Translations under genes and position numbers: made by a program
The notes under the pieces: generated by a model
Told to the model about the DNA's origin: nothing
The model's input: the letters and a program-made list of their open reading frames with translations, nothing else
Database searches by the model: none
Shown here: piece after piece, positions 51,529-64,000 of the stretch
Numbering within the stretch: the first letter of the stretch is position 1
How the letters are laid out: each line of letters begins with the position of its first letter
From: Eledone cirrhosa
Taxonomy: Eukaryota
Direction: 5' to 3'
Assembly: GCA_964016885.1 (NCBI GenBank)
Contig: OZ024743.1
Location: 322,152,001-322,216,000 of the forward strand
Length of the DNA: 64,000 nt

Positions 51529-54175
51529 TTGGCAAAAATCTACCGCCCCATTGCATACCAGAACCTGATGTATAAGATGTATACAAGCTGCCTGAAACTA
51601 TTTTTCCAAGATCTCTGTGAAAACAATAACATCATCACTGATGAACAAGCAGCTGGAAAGAAACGTGTTTGGAAGTGTGCTGAACAACTCCTAATTAACA
51701 AAACTGCGATGTCGGAAGTGCGACAGCTCAGGAGGAATATGGCTTCAGTCTGGCTGGACTACAGGAAAGCATTTGATTCTGTTCCCCACTCTTTGATGAT
51801 AGAGGCCCTTCGACTTGCTAAAGTCCCAGAGATTGTTATCAGAGCCATAGAGAAGCTGTCTTCTTCTTGGGCTACAATCCTAAAGTTAAAAACAGAGAAG
51901 GATGGCTCTATTTTATTTTAATAGAATATTACAGGGGTATATTTCAAGGAGACAGTCTCTCTGTGCTACTATTTATCCTGTCATTAAACCCCTTGTCCTT
52001 TCTGCTCAAGAAATGTGAAGAATACATCATTGTAAAATCCTAAACAACACCGGAAACTTCCATATCAACAGTGACATAGACCGCCTTTACTTGAAACGTA
52101 TGCATGGAGGTAGAGTGCTAACATCAGTTCAAACAGCATTTGAGTATCGCATCATACCCCTCCGACAATATCTACGGACCTCTAAGGGTAGAAGCCCATC
52201 TATTGAGCAAGTCTGTCTACATGAGACAGATAAAATCATGAGAGTTGGGAAGGAACTCCTTGAAAGACACTCCCTGGATGATAATCAAAAACTCACACCC
52301 AGGGAAATTGCCCAGCAATACGACAGTGAATCCAAAGATGAAAAACCTGCAAAACGTCATGCATAGATATGTTGCAGGAAGCAGCAGAGTGAGAGTAATA
52401 TAGATAAGCAAAATAGTCTATCTTGGACCAACAACCACTATATTGATTCTCATTCTGAAAGATATGCTTTTGCAATCCAAGAACAGGAAATCAATACAAA
52501 ATACCTGATTCACAAAAGAGAAAGAGGTGCAGGCAAAATCCCTAGATGTGACAACAAGTGCAGACTCGGCAGAATTAACAGCGAAGATGTCACTCATGTC
52601 ATAAACAGCTGTCAAAAAATGTCATCACAGTACTATCTACCTATGAGGCATGATGTTGTTGTCAAAATACTATTCAATGCAATCTACAGAAAAGAAAAAA
52701 AAGAAAAAAAAGATATTCCCAACAATAAACACATTAAATGTTACTGCAATGTGGATGACATACACGTACACAATATGAAAGAATACTGGTGGAATGTTCC
52801 AGTCAAAACTCCAATATAATTGTTTCTGCTTTAGGCACAAGGCTAGCAATTATTCCAGTGTATTACTGGTACTTTATTTTATCGACCCCGTAAGGATGAA
52901 AGACAAAGTTAACCTCGGCGGGATTTGAACTCACACCATAAAGAGCCGTAACTCTTTGCTGCAAAGCATGGCGTCCGACCCTCTACCCATACTACCAATC
53001 CACCGCCCAATAAACACAGGTATAAATATGAAGGTTTAGTCAGGGTGGAGTATCTGCAGATTTCTCATTAGTTCTGCATAGATATTCTCCTTTTTGCTAA
53101 TCTTTAATATAATTGTTTCTACTTTTGGCACAAGGCCAGCAATTACCCAGTGCATTACTGGTACTTTATTTTATCGACCCCGTAAGGATGAAAGGCAAAG
53201 TTAACCTCGGCGGGATTTGAACTCAGAATGGCAAGCGCCGTAAATCTATGCGTCAAAGCATGGCGTCCAACCCTCCACCGATACTGCCAATCCACCGCCC
53301 TTTAATATAATTGTTTCTACTTTAGGCACAAGGCCAGCAATTACCCAGTGCATTACTGGTACTTTATTTTATCGACCCCGTAAGGATGAAAGGCAAAGTT
53401 AACCTCGGCGGGATTTGAACTCAGAATGGCAAGCGCCGTAAATCTATGCGTCAAAGCATGGCGTCCAACCCTCCACCGATACTGCCAATCCACCGCCCTT
53501 TAATATAATTGTTTCTACTTTAGGCACAAGGCCAGCAATTACCCAGTGCATTACTGGTACTTTATTTTATCGACCCCGTAAGGATGAAAGGCAAAGTCAA
53601 CCTCGGCGGGATTTGAACTCAGATCGTAAAGGGACGTAACTATGCTGGAAAGCATGGCGTCCGACCCTCTACCGATACTGCCAATTCACCGCCCTTTAAT
53701 ATAATTGTTTCTACTTTAGGCACAAGGCCAGCAATTACCCAGTGCATTACTGGTACTTTATTTTATCGACCCCGTAAGGATGAAAGGCAAAGTCAACCTC
53801 GGCGTGATATGAACTCAGATCGTAAAGGGACGTAACTATGCTGGAAAGCATGGCGTCCGACCCTCTACTGATACTGAATGCAAATATAACAGACCAGATA
53901 TAATGTTATGAAAAGAAGATATGCACAGTAGTGGAAGTTAGCTGCCCAGCGGATGCCAATATAATATTAAAGATTAGCGAAAAGGAGAATATCTATGCAG
54001 AACTAATGAAAAATCTGCAGATACTCCACCCTGACTATACTTTCATATTTATACCTGTGATTATTGGAGCACTGGGATATGTTAGTAACTGCCTCAGTTC
54101 AAATCTTGAGAAGTTGGGCTTCACAGAAACAGAAAGAACAGAAAGAACCGTAAAATATGTAAAACATTCCAAAAG
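51529..54175 (+). pseudogene. Decayed R4-like retrotransposon (RT, CCHC knuckle, RLE) interrupted by a SINE cluster
   Basis: YRPIA..NLMYK..T, WLDYRKAFDSVPH, RGIFQGDSLS, DIDRLYLKR..GGR.L, AIQEQEINT, CR....EDVTHVINSC, RHD, WWNVPVKT [SINEs] CKYNRPD, VEVSCPAD, IPVIIGALG. Confidence 0.88.
52815..53877 (-). mobile_element. Five SINE family A copies, four of them head-to-tail with a ~197-bp period
   Basis: Junction CCGCCCTTTAATATAATTGTTTCTACT repeated at ~53295, ~53493, ~53689. Confidence 0.92.
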
Positions 54176-54687
54176 TTCTGCATGTAATAACTGCATGTAC
54201 ACACGTACAGATACAAAACATGTGCATATGTACACATATAACTCAAAACATCCTCATCCACACATACATTAACATCCATACCAGCACACACACGCATATA
54301 TGCAAGCATATCTACCTGGTTGATGTTTAGATTCCAATGAGAGAGTCTTGTGTCTATGTTAGAAATCGACTCTCTATTGGTAAAAATGTATAAAATTATA
54401 AAACCAGAAGAACAAACATACATTCGTGTGTGTATGTGTAGCTGTCTGTCTGTCTATGTCTGTACGTGCGTTTGTGTGTGTGTGTGTGTGTGTGTGACAA
54501 ACATTCGCATATATTCCGTCTGTCAAGTTTCACTCATAGTGATTGATCCAAATGAACGACACTCGCATGCACTGCCGCGGGGTGAGATTGAACACGGAAT
54601 GCATTTCTGATGAAACTTTCTTGTTCATAATACCCCTATATGTATGTAACGTATTAACTGTAGGATTGCAGCGCTTATTTACTATAT

Positions 54688-57600
54688 TCTTGATCTGGGT
54701 CCTTAACTTGGAGCGACAGTAAAAGACACTTACTCACCTCGATCTGGGTCCTTAAGTTGGAGCTCCAGTAAAAGACACTTACACACTCGATCTGGGTCCT
54801 TAAATTGGAGTTCCAGTAAGAGACACTTACCCACTCGATCTGGGTCCTTAACTTGGAGCTACAGTAAAATACACTTACCCACTCGATCTGGGTCCTGAAC
54901 TTGGAGCTACAGTAAAACACAGTTACTCACCTCGATCTGGGTCCTTAACTTGGAGCTACAGTAAAAGACACTTACCCACCTCGATCTGGGTCCTTAAATT
55001 GGAGCTCCAGTAAAAGACACTTACCCACTCGATCTGGGTCCTGAACTTGGAGCTACAGTAAAAGAGACTTACCCACCTCGATCTGGGTTTTTAACTTGGA
55101 GCTAGAGTAAAAGACACTTACACACCTCGATCTGGATCCTGAAAATGGAGCTACAGTAAAAGACACTTACCAATCTCGATCTGGGTCCTTAACTTGGAGC
55201 TACAGTAAAAGACACTTACCACCTCGATCTGGGTCCTTAACTTGGTGCTACAGTAAAACACACTTACCCACCTCTATCTGAGTCCTTAACTTGGAGCTAC
55301 GGTAAAACACATTTACCCACCTCTATCGGGGTCCTTAACTTGGAGCTACAGTAAAAGAGACTTACCCACCTCGATCTGGGTCCTTAAATTGGAGCTCCAG
55401 TAAAATACACTTACCCACTCGATCTGGGTCCTTAACTTGGAGCTACAGTAAAAGACACTTACCACCTCGATCTGGGTCCTTAACTTGGAGCTACAGTAAA
55501 ACACACTTACCCACCTCTATCTGAGTCCTTAACTTGGAGCTAGAGTAAAAAACACGTACCCACCACGATCTGGCTCCTTAACTTGGAGCTCCAGTAAAAG
55601 ACACTTACCCACCCCGATCTGAGTCCTTAACTTGGAGCTAGAGTAAAAAACAAGTACCCACCACGATCTGGGTCCTGAACTTGGAGCTACAGTAAAACAC
55701 ACTTACTCACCTCGATCTGGGTCCTTAACTTGGAGCTACAGTAAAACACACTTACCCACCTCTAACTGAGTCCTTAACATGGAGCTACAGTAAAACACAT
55801 TTACCCACCTCTATCTGGGTCCTTAACTTGGAACTACAGTAAAACACACTTACCCACCTCGATCTGAGTCCTTAACTTGGAGCTAGAGTAAAAAACACGT
55901 ACCCACCACGATCTGGCTCCTTAACTTGGAACTCCAGTAAAAGACACTTACCCACTCGATCTGGGTCCTTAAATTGGAGGTCCAGTAAAATACAACTTAC
56001 CCACGCGATCTGGGTCCTTAACTTGGAGCTACAGTAAAACACACTTACCCACTCGATCTGGGTCCTGAACTTGGAGCTACAGTAAAACACACTTACTCAC
56101 CTCGATCTGGGTCCTTAACTTGGAGCTACAGTAAAAGACACTTACCCACCTCGATCTGGGTTTTTAACTTGGAGCTAGAGTAAAAGACACTTACACACCT
56201 CGATCTGGGTCCTTTACATGGAGCTACAGTAAAAGACACTTACCCACCTCGATGTGGGTCCTTAACTTGGAGCTACAGTAAAACACACTTACCCACCTCG
56301 ATCTGGGTCCATAACTTGGAGCTACAGTAAAACATACTTACCCACCTCGATCTGGGTCCTTAGCTTGGAGCTACAGTAAAACACACTTACCCACCTCGAT
56401 CTGGGTTTTTAACTTGGAGCTAGAGTAAAAGACACTTACACACCTCGATCTGGGTCCTTAACATGGAGCTACAGTAAAAGACACTTACCCACCTCGATCT
56501 GGGTCCTTAACTTGGAGCTACAGTAAAAGACACTTACCACCTCGATCTGGGTCCTTAACTTGGAGCTACAGTAAAACACACTTACCCACCTCGATCTGGG
56601 TCCTTAACTTGGAGCTACAGTAAAACACACTTACCCACCTCTATCTGGGTCTTTAACTTGGAGCTACAGTAAAAGACACTTACCCACCTCGATCTGGGTC
56701 CTTAACTTGGAGCTACAGTAAAAGACACTTACCACCTCGATCTGGGTCCTTAACTTGGAGCTACAGTAAAAGACACTTACCCACCTCGATCTGGGTCCTT
56801 AACTTGGAGCTACACTAAAACACACTTACCCACCTCGATCTGGGTCATTAACTTGGAGCTACAGTAAAACATACTTAGCCACCAGATCTGTGAACTTAAC
56901 TTGGAACCACAATAAAAGACACTTACCCACCCCGATCTGAGTCCTTAACTTGGAGCTAGAGTAAAAAACAAGTACCCACCACGATCTGGGTCCTGAACTT
57001 GGAGCTACAGTAAAACACACTTACTCACCTCGATCTGGGTCCTTAACTTGGAGCTACAGTAAAACACACTTACCCACCTCTATCTGAGTCCTTAACATGG
57101 AGCTACAGTAAAACACATTTACCCACCTCTATCTGGGTCCTTAACTTGGAACTACAGTAAAACACACTTACCCACCTCGATCTGAGTCCTTAACTTGGAG
57201 CTAGAGTAAAAAACACGTACCCACCACGATCTGGATCCTTAACTTGGAGCTCCAGTAAAAGACACTTACCCACTCGATCTGGGTCCTTAAATTGGAGCTC
57301 CAGTAAAATACAACTTACCCACGCGATCTGGGTCCTTAACTTGGAGCTACAGTAAAACACACTTACCCACTCGATCTGGGTCCTGAACTTGGAGCTACAG
57401 TAAAACACACTTACTCACCTCGATCTGGGTCCTTAACTTGGAGCTACAGTAAAAGACACTTACCCACCTCGATCTGGGTTTTTAACTTGGAGCTAGAGTA
57501 AAAGACACTTACACACCTCGATCTGGGTCCTTTACATGGAGCTACAGTAAAAGACGCTTACCCACCTCGATGTGGGTCCTTAACTTGGAGCTACAGTAAA

Positions 57601-60600
57601 ACACACTTACCCACCTCGATCTGGGTCCATAACTTGGAGCTACAGTAAAACATACTTACCCACCTCGATCTGGGTCCTTAGCTTGGAGCTACAGTAAAAC
57701 ACACTTACCCACCTCGATCTGGGTTTTTAACTTGGAGCTAGAGTAAAAGACACTTACACACCTCGATCTGGGTCCTTAACATGGAGCTACAGTAAAAGAC
57801 ACTTACCCACCTCGATCTGGGTCCTTAACTTGGAGCTACAGTAAAAGACACTTACCACCTCGATCTGGGTCCTTAACTTGGAGCTACAGTAAAACACACT
57901 TACCCACAACGATCTGGGTCCTTAACTTGGAGCTACAGTAAAACACACTTACCCACCTCTATCTGGGTCCTTAACTTGGAGCTACAGTAAAAGACACTTA
58001 CCACCTCGATCTGGGTCCTTAACTTGGAGCTACAGTAAAAGACACTTACCCACCTCGATCTGGGTCCTTAACTTGGAGCTACACTAAAACACACTTACCC
58101 ACCTCGATCTGGGTCATTAACTTGGAGCTACAGTAAAACATACTTAGCCACCAGATCTGTGAACTTAACTTGGAACCACAATAAAAGACACTTACCCACC
58201 TCGATCTGAGTCCTTAACTTGGAGCTAGAGTAAAAATCACGTACCCACCACGATCAGGGTCCTGAACTTGGAGCTACAATAAAACACACTTTCCCACCAT
58301 GGTCTGGGTCCTTAACTTGGAGCTACAGTAAAACACACTTACCAACCTCGATCTGGGTCCTTAACTTGGAACTACAGTAAAAGACACTTACCCACCTCGA
58401 TCTGGGTCCTTAACTTGGAGCTAGAGTAAAAGACACTTACACACCTCGATCTGGGTCCCTAACTTGGGGCTACGGTAAAAGACACTTACCCACCTCGATC
58501 TGGGTCCTTAACTTGGAACTACAGTAAAAGACACTTACCCACCGCGATCTGGGTCCTTAACTTGGTGCTACGATAAAACAGACTTACCCACCTTTTTGGG
58601 TCCTCAACTTGGAGCTAGAGTAAAAGACACCCACCTATATTTGGGTCCTTAACTTGGAGCTACAGTAAAACAGACTTACCCACCTCGATCTGGCTCCTTA
58701 AGTTGGACCTACAGTAAAAGACACTTACTCGCCTTGATCTGGGTCCTTAACTTGGAGCTACAGAAAAAGATACTTACCACCTCGATCTGGGTCCTTAACT
58801 TGGAGCTACAGTAAAACACACTTACCCACCTCGATCTGGGTCCTTAACTTGGAGCTACAGTAAAAGACACTTACCACCTCGATCTGGGTCCTTAACTTGG
58901 AGCTACAGTAAAAGACACTTACCCACCTCGATCTGGGTCCTTAACTTGGAGCTACACTAAAACACGCTTACCCACCTCGATCTGGGTCATTAACTTGGAG
59001 CTACAGTAAAACATACTTAGCCACCAGATCTGGGAACTTAACTTGGAACCACAATAAAAGACACTTACCCACCTCGATTTGGGTCCTTAACTTGGAGTTA
59101 CAGTAAAACACACTTACCCACCTAGGTCTGGGTCCTTAACTTGGAGCTACAGTAAAACACACTTACCCACCTTGATCTGGGTCCTTTACTTGGAGCGACA
59201 ATAAAAGACACTTACTCACCTCGATCTGGGACCTTAAGTTGGAGCTCCAGTAAAAGACACTTACCCACTCGATCTGGGTCCTTAAATTGGAGCTCCAGTA
59301 AAAGACACTTACCCACTCGATCTGGGTCCTTAACTTGGAGCTACAGTAAAACACACTTACCCACTCGATCTGGGTCCTGAACTTGGAGCTACAGTAAAAC
59401 ACACTTACTCACCTCGATCTGGGTCCTTAACTTGGTGCTACAGTAAAAATACTTACCCACCTCGATCTGGGTCCTTAACTTGGAGCTACAGTAAAACACA
59501 CTTACACACCTCAATCTGGGTCCTTAACTCGGAGCTACAGTAAAACACACTTACCCACCTCGATCTGGGTCCTTAACTTGGATCTACAGTAAAACACACT
59601 TACCACCTCTATCTGAGTCCTTATCTTGGAGCAACAGTAAAACACATTTACCCACCTCTATCTGGGTCCTTAACTTGGAACTACAGTAAAACACACTTAC
59701 ACACCTCGATCTGGGTCCTTAACATGGAGCTACAGTAAAAGACACTCACCCACCTCGATCTGGGTCCTTAATTGGAGCTACAGTGAAAGACACTTACCAC
59801 CTCGATCTGGCTCCTTAACTTGGAGCTATAGTAAAACACACTTACCCACCTCAATCTGGGTCATTAACTTGGTGCTACGATAAAACAGACTTACCCACCT
59901 CCTTTTGGGTCCTTAACTTGGAACTACAGTAAATCACACTTACTTTTAACTTGGAGGTAGAGTAAAAGACACTTACACACCTCGATCTGGGTCCTTAACT
60001 TGGAGCTACAATAAAACACACTTACCCACCTTGATCTGAGTCCTTACCTTGGAACAACAGTAAAAGACACTTACCCACCTTGATCTTGGTCCTTAACATG
60101 GAGCTACAATAAAACACACTCACCCACCTCGATCTGGGTCCATAACTTGGAGCTACAGTAAAAGACACTACCCACCTCGATCTGGGTCCTTAGCTTGGAG
60201 CTTCAGTAAAACACACTTACCCACCTAGATCTGGGTCCTGAACTTTGAGCTACAGTAAAACACACTTACTCACCTCGATCTGGGTCTTTAACTTGGAGCT
60301 ACAGTAAAAGACACATACCCACCTAGATCTGGGTTTTTAACTTGGAGCTAGAGTAAAAGACACTTACACACCTCGATCTGGGTCCTTAACATGGAGCTAC
60401 AGTAAAAGACACTTACCCACCCCGTTCTGGGTCCTTAACTTGGAGCTACAGTAAAAGACACTTACCACCTCGATCTGGGTCCTTAACTTGGAGCTACAGT
60501 AAAAGACACTTACCCACCTCGATCTGGGTCCTTAACTTGGAGCTACAGTAAAACATACTTACCCACCTCGATCTGGGTCCTTAACTTGGAGCTACAGTAA

Positions 60601-63600
60601 AACACACTTACCCACCTCTATCTGAGTCCTTAACTTGGAGCAACAGTAAAACACATTTACCCACCTCTATCTGGGTCCTTAACTTGGAACTACAGTAAAA
60701 CACACTTACCCACCTAGATCTCAGTCCTTAACTTGGAGCTAGAGTAAAAAACACGTACCCACCACGATCTGGGTCCTTAACTTGGAGCTCCAGTAAAAGA
60801 CACTTACCCACTCGATGTGGGTCCTTAAATTGGAGCTCCAGTAAAAGACACTTACCCACTCGATCTGGGTCCTTAACTTGGAGCTACAGTAAAACACACT
60901 TACTCACCTCGATCTGGGTCCTTATCTTGGAGCTACAGTAAAAGACACTTACCCACCTCGATCTGGGTCCTTAAATTGGAGCTAGAGTAAATGTCACTTA
61001 CACACCTCGATCTGGGTCCTTAACATGGAGCTACAGTAAAAGACACTTACCCACCTCGATCTGGGTCCTTAACTTGGAGCTACAGTAAAACATACTTACC
61101 CACCTCGATCTGGGTCCTTAACTTGGAGCTAAAGTAAAACACACTTACCCACCTCTATCTGAGTCCTTAACTTGGAGCTAAAGTAAAAGACACTTACCCA
61201 CTCGATCTGGGTCCTTAACTTGGAGCTACAGTAAAACACACTTACTCACCTCGATCTGGGTCCTTAACTTGGAGCTACAGTAAAAGACACTTACCCACCT
61301 CGATCTGGGTCCTTAAATTGGAGCTAGAGTAAATGTCACTTACACACCTCGATCTGGGTCCTTAATATGGAGCTACAGTAAAAGACACACACCCACCTCG
61401 ATCTGGGTCCTTAATTGGAGCTACAGTGAAAGACACTTACCACCTCGATCTGGGTCCTTAACTTGGAGCTATAGTAAAACACACTTACCCACCTCAATCT
61501 GGGTCCTTAACTTGGAGCTACAGTAAAACATACTTACCCACCTCGATCTGGGTCCTCAACTTGGAGCTAAAGTAAAACACACTTACCCACCTCTATCTGA
61601 GTCCTTAACTTGGAGCTACAGTAAAACACACTTACCCACGTCGATCTGAGTACTTAACTTGGAGCTAGAGTAAAAAACACGTACCCACCACGATCTGGGT
61701 CCTTAAATTGGAGCTACAGTAAAAGACACTTAACCACCTCGATCTGGGTCCTTATTTGGAGCTACAGTAAAATACACCTACCGACCTCATCTGGGACCTT
61801 AAATTGGAGCTACAGTAAAAGACACTTACCCACCTGATCTGGGTCATTAAATTGGAGCTACAGTAAAAGACACTTGCCCGCCTCGATCTGGGTCCTTAAC
61901 TTGGAGCTACGATATAACACACATACCCACCTCCTTTTGGGTCCTTAACTTGGAGCTACAGTAAAACACACTTTCCCACCTCGATCTGGGTCCTTAACTT
62001 GGAGCTACAGTAAAACACACTTACCCACCGTGATCTGGGTCCTTAACTTGGAGCTACAGTAAGACAGACTTTCCCACCATGATCTGGGTCCTTAACTTGG
62101 AGTTACAGTAAAACACACTTACCCACCTTGATCTGGGTCCTTAACTTGGAACAACAGTAAAAGACACTTACCCACCTTGATCTGGGTCCTTAACATGGAG
62201 CTACAGTAAAACACACTTACCCACCTCGATCTGGGTCCTTAACTTGGAGCTTCAGTAAAACACACTTACCCACCTAGATCTGGGTCCTTAATTTGGAGTT
62301 ATAGTAAAGACACTTACCCACCTCGATCTGGGTCCTTAACTTGGAACTGCAGTAAAACACATTTACCCACCTTGATCTGGGTCCTTAACTGGGAGCTACA
62401 GTACAACACACTTACCCACCTCGATCTGGGTCCTTAGCTTGGAGCTACAGTAAACACAATTACCCACCTCGATCTGGGGCCTTAAATTGGAGCTACAGTA
62501 AAAGACACTTACCCAACTTGATCTGGGTCCTTAACTTGGAGCTACAGTAAAACACACTTACCCACCTCGAATTAGGTCCTTAATTGGAGCTACAGAAAAA
62601 GACATTTACCCACCTTGATCTGGGTCCTTAACTTGGAGCTACAGTAAATCACACTTACCTACCTGGATCTGGGTCCTTAACTTGGAGCTAGAGTAAAAGA
62701 CACTTACCCACCTCAATCTGGGTCCTTAACTTGGAGATATAGTAAAAGACACTTACTCACCTCGATTTGGGTCCTGAACTTGGAGCTACAGTAAAAAACA
62801 CTTACCCACCTCTATCTGAGTCCTTAACTTGGAGCTACAGTAAAACACATTTACCAACCTCTATCTGGGTCCTTAACTTGGAACTACAGTAAAACACACT
62901 TACCCACTTCGATCTGAGTCCTTAACTTGGAGCTAGAGTAAAAAACACGTACCCACCACGATCTGGGTCCTTAACTTGGAGCTACAGTAAAAGACACTTA
63001 CCCACCTCGATCTGGGTCCTTATTTGGAGCTACAGTAAAATACACCTACCGACCTCATCTGGGACCTTAAATTGGAGCTACAGTAAAAGACACTTACCCA
63101 CCTGATCTGGGTCATTAAATTGGAGCTACAGTAAAAGACACTTGCCCGCCTCGATCTGGGTCCTTAACTTGGAGCTACGATAAAACACACATACCCACCT
63201 CCTTTTGGGTCCTTAACTTGGAGCTACAGTAAAACACACTTTCCCACCTCGATCTGGGTCCTAAACTTGCAGCTACAGTAAAACACACTTACCCACCTCG
63301 ATCTGGGTCCTTAACTTGGAGCTACAGTAAAATACACTTTCCCACCATGATCTGGGTCCTTAACTTGGAGCTACAGTAAAACACACTTACCCACCTCGAT
63401 CTGGGTCCTTAAATGGAGGTACAGTAAAAGACACTTACCCACCGCGATCTGGGTCCTTAACTTGGTGCTACGATAAAACAGACTTACCCACCTCCTTTTG
63501 GGTCCTTAATTTGGAGCTACAGTAAATCACACTTACTCACCTCGATCTGGGTCCTTAACTTGGAGCTACAATAAAACACACCTACCCACCTCGATCTGGG

Positions 63601-64000
63601 TCCTTAACTTGGAACTACAGTAAAAGACACTTACCCACCTCGATCTGGGTCCTTAACTTGGAGCTAGAGTAAAAGACACTGACCCACCTATATTTGGGTC
63701 CTTAACTTGGAGCTACAGTAAAACACACTTACCCACCTTGATCTGAGTCCTTAACTTGGAACAACAGTAAAAGACACTTACCCATCTTGATCTGGGTCCT
63801 TAACTTGGAGTTACAGTAAAACACACTTACCCACCTTGATCTGGGTCCTTAACTTGGAAGAACAGTAAAAGACCCTTACCCACCTTGATCTGGGTCCTTA
63901 ACATGGAGCTACAGTAAAACACACATACCCACCTCGATCTGGGTCCTTAACTTGGAGCTACAGTAAAAGACACTTACCCACCTCGATCTGGGTCCTTAAC
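54688..64000. repeat. 49-bp (48-49) satellite array, roughly 190 monomers, running off the window end
   Basis: Consensus CTTGGAGCTACAGTAAAAGACACTTACCCACCTCGATCTGGGTCCTTAA. Confidence 0.97.

Noticed and set aside
53111-53300. tRNA genes
   Set aside because: A/B boxes belong to SINE heads; no complete cloverleaf seen
54688-64000. CRISPR-like or coding interpretation of the 49-bp array
   Set aside because: No unique spacers; monomer length is not a multiple of 3; short ORFs arise only from runs of 48-bp variants

Overview
Repeat-saturated, AT-rich eukaryotic genomic DNA. The mix of very dense (TA)n/(CA)n/(GATA)n/(CATA)n microsatellites and tRNA-derived SINEs suggests an octopus or other cephalopod; this is inference and was not checked by search. 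No intact host protein-coding gene is recognisable, and nearly all listed ORFs are microsatellite artefacts. The real content is: about 20 copies of one tRNA-SINE; decayed non-LTR retrotransposons of four groups (Tx1/L1, R4/Dong, CRE-like, RTE); a Naiad-type Penelope-like element (PLE) with GIY-YIG endonuclease and inverted pseudo-LTRs; a young non-autonomous gypsy-type LTR element; several minisatellites; and a >9 kb 49-bp satellite with higher-order structure. Three patterns stand out. (i) About 15 type-I hammerhead ribozyme motifs, some with intact cores and some with a compensatory U3-A8 core, are carried by short PLE-like ends that repeatedly form long palindromes inside (TA)n tracts. (ii) Each retroelement group is paired with its own microsatellite: Tx1-GATA, Dong-TAA, RTE-CATA, PLE-TA. 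(iii) The LTR element has identical U3-R but divergent U5 regions. All alignments and folds were done by eye and coordinates may be off by a few bases.
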